Source of the DNA: Spirochaetia bacterium
Lineage (GTDB): Bacteria; Spirochaetota; Spirochaetia; SP-2023
Direction of reading: 5' to 3'
DNA length: 64,000 bases
NCBI GenBank assembly: GCA_965225855.1
Contig: CBDDCK010000005.1
Coordinates: 800,001 to 864,000 of the forward strand
Below the pieces are notes generated by a model. It was not told where the DNA came from. It did no database searches and saw only the letters and a program-made list of their open reading frames with translations. The translations under genes and the position numbers were made by a program. Below, piece by piece: positions 60,653-64,000 of this stretch. The stretch's first letter is position 1, and every line of letters begins with the position of its first letter.

Positions 60653-62059
60653 ATGAATATTGATTTATTTTCCAATCTCTCACCGCTAGATCACCGCTAC
60701 CGCAATACTTATCCAGAATTGCATAATCGGCTAGGTGGCTATTTAGATGAACGGGCTGCCATTCGCTACTATATTCAAGCTGAATTTGCCTTGCTGAAAA
60801 CGCACATGCTGGAGCAAGGTAAAAAGCTTAGTGATATAGAGCAAGACCTTGCTAGCGTAGATATTTCTCCAGAAGAAGTGTATCGCGAAGAGGAAAAAAC
60901 GCAGCACAATGTACGAGCTTTAGTCAACTTGATGGTACACAAAGTTCCCAAAGCCTATCGCCCTTATGTTCACTTGGGGGCAACTTCCATGGATATTGTG
61001 GACACGGCCAATGCCATGCGTCTGCGCGATGCCATGCAACAAGTTGTCTTACCCCAACTCATTAGTTTGCAGACCCACCTGATTGCCTTGGCTGAGCGTG
61101 AAGCGGCAACCGCTCAAGTTGGACGCACCCATGGTCAATTTGCCGTTCCTATAACGTTTGGTTTTGCCATGGCCTCTTATGTTTCGCGTTTGGGCCAGAG
61201 CCTAGCCAAATTACACCAGTTGAGCGGTGATCTGCGCGGAAAACTTTCTGGGGCGGTTGGAGGCTACAATGCACTATCTTTAATTACTAGCGACCCTGAA
61301 GCGATGGAGCAAAAGTATTTGAAATTGCTGGGGCTCAAGCCTTCTGAGTATTCCAGCCAAATCGTTATGCCCGAATACCAATTGCGCTTATTGTTGGAAA
61401 TCAATATAGCCTTTGGGATTATTGCCAATTTGGCTGACGACTTGCGCCACCTGCAGCGTTCTGAAATTGACGAAGTGCGCGAATATTTTTCTCCCACGCA
61501 AGTAGGGTCATCGACTATGCCACAAAAGCGCAACCCGTGGAACTGTGAGCATGTCAAAAGTCTATGGAAGGCTTTTTCACCCCGCATATACTCATTTTAC
61601 ATGGATCAAATATCCGAACATCAGCGCGATTTGTCCAATTCTGCTTCTGCACGTTTTGTGGTTGATTTTGTTGCTGGCTTTAGTTTTGCCGTGGAGCGTA
61701 TGGATAGCATTGCCGTCCATTTATCATTATCACCAGAACGTTTGCAGCATAATTTGCAATACCTTGGAGATATGATATTGGCAGAGCCACTATATATTTT
61801 ATTATCGCTAGGTGGGGTTGAAAATGCCCATGAAATCATACGCCAGCTAACTTTTCAGTGTGAAGAAAGTGGGCAGAAACTTTGGCAGCTTTTGAAAGAC
61901 AAGCCAGAGTTAAATGCTATTATTGAAAAACAATTGGCTAAAGTGGGCTATGAGCAAAATTTTTTGGAAAATCCAGAACATTACCTAGGCTGTTGTGAAC
62001 AACGATGCTTAGCTTTATGCCAACAATATGCAAAACAATTGCAACAGCTCAATTTTTGA
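60653..62059 (+). CDS. purB: Adenylosuccinate lyase
   Basis: SPLDHRY, HLGATSMD, GRTHGQ, GSSTMPQKRNP. Confidence 0.93.
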   Translation: MNIDLFSNLSPLDHRYRNTYPELHNRLGGYLDERAAIRYYIQAEFALLKTHMLEQGKKLSDIEQDLASVDISPEEVYREEEKTQHNVRALVNLMVHKVPKAYRPYVHLGATSMDIVDTANAMRLRDAMQQVVLPQLISLQTHLIALAEREAATAQVGRTHGQFAVPITFGFAMASYVSRLGQSLAKLHQLSGDLRGKLSGAVGGYNALSLITSDPEAMEQKYLKLLGLKPSEYSSQIVMPEYQLRLLLEINIAFGIIANLADDLRHLQRSEIDEVREYFSPTQVGSSTMPQKRNPWNCEHVKSLWKAFSPRIYSFYMDQISEHQRDLSNSASARFVVDFVAGFSFAVERMDSIAVHLSLSPERLQHNLQYLGDMILAEPLYILLSLGGVENAHEIIRQLTFQCEESGQKLWQLLKDKPELNAIIEKQLAKVGYEQNFLENPEHYLGCCEQRCLALCQQYAKQLQQLNF

Positions 62060-62069
62060 AACAAAACAT

Positions 62070-63098
62070 ATGAGAATAGTGCTGAAAATCAACTTACTTT
62101 TTGCTTATCTACTACTGATAGTAGTGGTTTTGGGTTGCCGTAGTAGTAGCAAATTACTCTACCCGATAGAGGTGGAATCTTTTTACGGTTATATCAATCG
62201 CCAAGGGAGTTTGCGCATACCGCCTAAGTACCCCTATGTAGAGCGTTATTCCGAAGGCTTGGCCCCTGTGCAGCGCAGTGATGGCAGCCTGGTCTATCTC
62301 AATCTTGATGGAAAAGAATTGGAAGTACCAACCAATCACGGGCAAGATTGCCCGATCAATAAACTCGATGTCTTTTCAGATGGTATGGCCCGCGTGGTAG
62401 TGGGCCAGAAAGTAGGTTATATTGATATCAAGCTAAACTGGGCCATATTACCACAATTTCGCCGGGCGGGGCAGTTTTCCGAAGGCTTGGCAGCGGTACT
62501 CGATTTTGCCAAACGGCGTGCTGCCTATATCAATAAAAAAGGAAAGGAAGTTTTTACGTTGGAAAATGTAACTGCAGTTGGCCCCATGAAGGCGGGTTTT
62601 GCCTATTTTGTGCGTAATGAGCGCTTTGGCATTGTGAATAAAGAAGGGAAAATTTTGCGCAAGCCCAACTATCTTTTTCTAGCCAGTGCAGACCCAAATA
62701 CAGGGCTTGCCCGTGCCCAAGATGATGAGAGTGAATTATTTGGTTTTGTCAATCGCAACGGTAATTGGATTATTTTACCACGCTATCCAAATGCCAAGGA
62801 TTTTTCTGGTGGTTTTGCCGCTGTATTTATCCGCAATAAAAACGCTTACGGCTATATTGACTCACGGGGGAATATGCGTATTTCCGGACAGTATTTGGCT
62901 GCGGGTGGGTTCCAAGATGGTTTTGCCTGGGTAAAAACCGATAAAGGGTTTCGCTATATCAATAGCGATGGCCAATGGCTCTCTCCATTGATATTTACTT
63001 ATACTCATGATTTTTATGAAGGTTTAGCTGCTGCTAGCCAAGGAGAGAGCCAGTTATATATCAACACCCAAGGAGGGATTACTTGGCCCAGCCAGTAA
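62070..63098 (+). CDS. WG-repeat lipoprotein
   Basis: Lipobox VVLGC. Repeated GYI(N/D)...FSEGLA units. Confidence 0.88.
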   Translation: MRIVLKINLLFAYLLLIVVVLGCRSSSKLLYPIEVESFYGYINRQGSLRIPPKYPYVERYSEGLAPVQRSDGSLVYLNLDGKELEVPTNHGQDCPINKLDVFSDGMARVVVGQKVGYIDIKLNWAILPQFRRAGQFSEGLAAVLDFAKRRAAYINKKGKEVFTLENVTAVGPMKAGFAYFVRNERFGIVNKEGKILRKPNYLFLASADPNTGLARAQDDESELFGFVNRNGNWIILPRYPNAKDFSGGFAAVFIRNKNAYGYIDSRGNMRISGQYLAAGGFQDGFAWVKTDKGFRYINSDGQWLSPLIFTYTHDFYEGLAAASQGESQLYINTQGGITWPSQ

Positions 63099-63177
63099 GA
63101 ATATTGGTCAATAATTTATTTTATTTTTACTATATATTTTCTATACAATAATTTGGGAAGTTGTAACAACATAAAAA

Positions 63178-64000
63178 ATGGATACAGAACAAAAAGATTT
63201 GGCCCCCAGTACAGGTTCCAAAAATCAGGCCAATTCGCAACCAACACAAACGACACAGGAAGTGGAAAGCCAAGAAACAAAAAAAACAACAGTTCCGCGG
63301 CTCAATCTATTTCAGAGGCCCAAAAAACCGAGTGCCAAAGTAGTAAAATCAAACTCTGATATAGGTTTGGCAGCCAAGCCAGCAGCACAAAAAAATGCCA
63401 GTGTTATTAGCCCAAAGGAAATAAAATTTTTCCAAAGTCGCCAAATGGCAATCCATAAAAATATGTGTGGCAATATTATTGGGCAAGAAGATTTGCTACA
63501 CCATTTATTGCTAGCGTTAGTTGGTGGTGGCCATATCCTAATTGAAGGTGTGCCGGGCCTTGCTAAAACTTTGGCTGTGCGCAGCTTAGCTAAAAGTTTG
63601 CAGCTCAGTTGCAAGCGCATTCAATTTACGCCGGATTTACTGCCTGCAGATTTAATTGGAACGATGATTTTTCACCAAAGTAAAGATCAATTTGTCCCAC
63701 GGTACGGCCCGATTTTTACCCAAGTATTGTTAGCTGATGAGATTAATCGTGCACCGGCCAAAGTTCAATCGGCTTTGTTGGAAGCGATGGGCGAACAGCA
63801 GGTAACTATTGGCAATGTCAGTTATCCATTGCCAAAGCCTTTTTTTGTCATGGCGACCCAAAATCCAATTGAAGAAGAAGGTACATATACGCTGCCTGCA
63901 GCCCAGTTAGACCGTTTTGACATGAAATATGTAGTGCGTTACCCCAATCCCAAAGATGAATTGCGACTGCTGTTGCAATATCAAGAGCAAAAGCTGGATT
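63178..64000 (+). CDS. MoxR-family AAA+ ATPase (runs off the window)
   Basis: My translation from ATG 63178 gives IIGQE, EGVPGLAKT, RIQFTPDLLPAD, ADEINRAPAKVQSALLEAM. Confidence 0.93.
   Translation, partial: MDTEQKDLAPSTGSKNQANSQPTQTTQEVESQETKKTTVPRLNLFQRPKKPSAKVVKSNSDIGLAAKPAAQKNASVISPKEIKFFQSRQMAIHKNMCGNIIGQEDLLHHLLLALVGGGHILIEGVPGLAKTLAVRSLAKSLQLSCKRIQFTPDLLPADLIGTMIFHQSKDQFVPRYGPIFTQVLLADEINRAPAKVQSALLEAMGEQQVTIGNVSYPLPKPFFVMATQNPIEEEGTYTLPAAQLDRFDMKYVVRYPNPKDELRLLLQYQEQKLD

Overview
Bacterial chromosomal window, probably from a spirochaete. This is inferred from FabV, the eukaryote-type hexokinase, a FliG-like protein, a BMP remnant and many lipoproteins. Most of it is housekeeping: murJ, a partly decayed purine-salvage locus, tRNA-Pro, rlmE, a FASII cluster, ligA, lipA-aceEF-lpdA, hflX, prmC, serS, nagA, a three-gene transhydrogenase, dnaE, trxA, purB and MoxR. 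The main find is a pair of inverted paralogous modular surface-lipoprotein genes. Copy 1 (631-3129) lies in a transposase-less 3.48-kb element (480-3962) with TG...CA imperfect inverted ends, each holding two 12-bp motifs 23 bp apart, and an exact 6-bp target duplication (CATAAC). Copy 2 (45326-47476) keeps only one such end. Both share a promoter whose -35/-10 spacer contains a poly-C tract (C9 gives 17 bp, C7 gives 15 bp), and their repeat domains diverge almost only at non-synonymous sites. Together this suggests a mobile, phase-variable, diversifying adhesin/antigen system. Also notable are a ~465-bp dispersed repeat carrying a near-consensus promoter and a ~262-aa duplicated insertion in LigA.
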